DNA of 63,789 nt, filler included, from Octopus bimaculoides (Eukaryota), in NCBI RefSeq assembly GCF_001194135.2. It is 5 parts of 5 records of this genome, joined end to end, with 100 filler letters (N's around TTAATTAATTAA, not from the genome) between each part and the next. Parts side by side here need not be neighbours in the genome. Positions count along the whole stretch, not along the records: positions 61,102 to 63,789 come from NW_026389194.1; 4 more parts are not named here. One strand, written 5' to 3'. The translations under genes were made by a program, and so were the position numbers. Under the pieces are notes generated by a model. It saw only the letters and a list, made by a program, of their open reading frames with translations. It was not told the DNA's origin and searched no databases. This document shows, piece by piece, positions 63,202-63,789 of this stretch (position 1 is its first letter; the number at the start of each line of letters is the position of its first letter).

Positions 63202-63604
63202 AGGGAGAGAGAGAGGGAGAAAGAGAGAGAGACGTTATGATTTATGAAAGAAAGTGGGAGAAAGAAGAACTACAACAAAAATACTTCATATAAGAATTGA
63301 AATAAAAAAGGGAATGCTGGAAAGTATTGCTGGGTAAATATACCATCGAAATAAGGTCAACAGGAAACTAGAGGTGTAGACGGGGGGGCAGAAGGTGGGG
63401 CGAGTACTTGTGAACATGTGCTGGGTAAGTGTTGCCACTGTTCCAGGCTATAGAAAATATATACCCATCTAATATGTATGTAAATTATTGTTACATTTCA
63501 CTCACGCATTCACATATAAACATACAGACTGACTGACTGACAGACCGACAGACGTGCCACACACACGTACATACGCACATACACACATACGCTCGCACAT
63601 ACAC

Positions 63605-63762
63605 CTGGAAGAGGGTGTAGATTTTTTGGAATAGTAGTGTGAAAGCCGTGTTCTTAGAAATACTCCCTCTGCGACATTATTAGACTTAATGGTCAAAAGG
63701 GTACCGATGGGTTTCTTTGTTAAAAGAGTGTTGCAGCCTCCAACACAGCCCATCCTTGAATA
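63605..63762 (-). CDS. Candidate exon (158 nt), possibly containing a start codon: MGCVGGCNTLLTKKPIGTLLTIKSNNVAEGVFLRTRLSHYYSKKSTPSS(R)
   Basis: Acceptor ATTTTACTTCTGCCTGTTATAG, donor CAG|GTGTAT. Only one minus frame is open across the exon, and all three plus frames are closed. AGGATGG start context. Non-repetitive sequence; product not recognised. Confidence 0.48.
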
Positions 63763-63789
63763 CTATAACAGGCAGAAGTAAAATGAATT

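Overview
AT-rich animal genomic DNA from a draft assembly, with about 11 kb (~17%) in N gaps. The repeat families resemble those I recognise from octopod cephalopods (Octopus-like); this is an inference from recalled repeat sequence, not a search. No complete, nameable protein-coding gene is visible. Almost all long ORFs in the track are artefacts of microsatellites or N runs. The window is dominated by (TA)n/(CA)n/(GAT)n/(TAA)n microsatellites and at least five recurring tRNA-derived or LINE-tailed SINE families. It also holds decayed RTE-clade LINE pieces, two R4/Dong-type restriction-like-endonuclease LINE pieces, Tc1, mariner and DD37D (maT) transposase remnants, a hAT element with an 8-bp TSD, and several MITEs. 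The most interesting signals are: (1) a tRNA-Lys(UUU) copy fused to an RTE 3' tail inside an RTE fragment, resembling a nascent SINE; (2) three phase-compatible candidate exons on the minus strand spread over ~61 kb; (3) two frame-preserving plus-strand microexon candidates of 18 and 21 nt; (4) a left-to-right shift from CpG-depleted to CpG-retaining DNA, visible in paired copies of the same transposon; (5) TIR-less or tail-less TE fragments patched into other repeats. All exon calls are unverified predictions.
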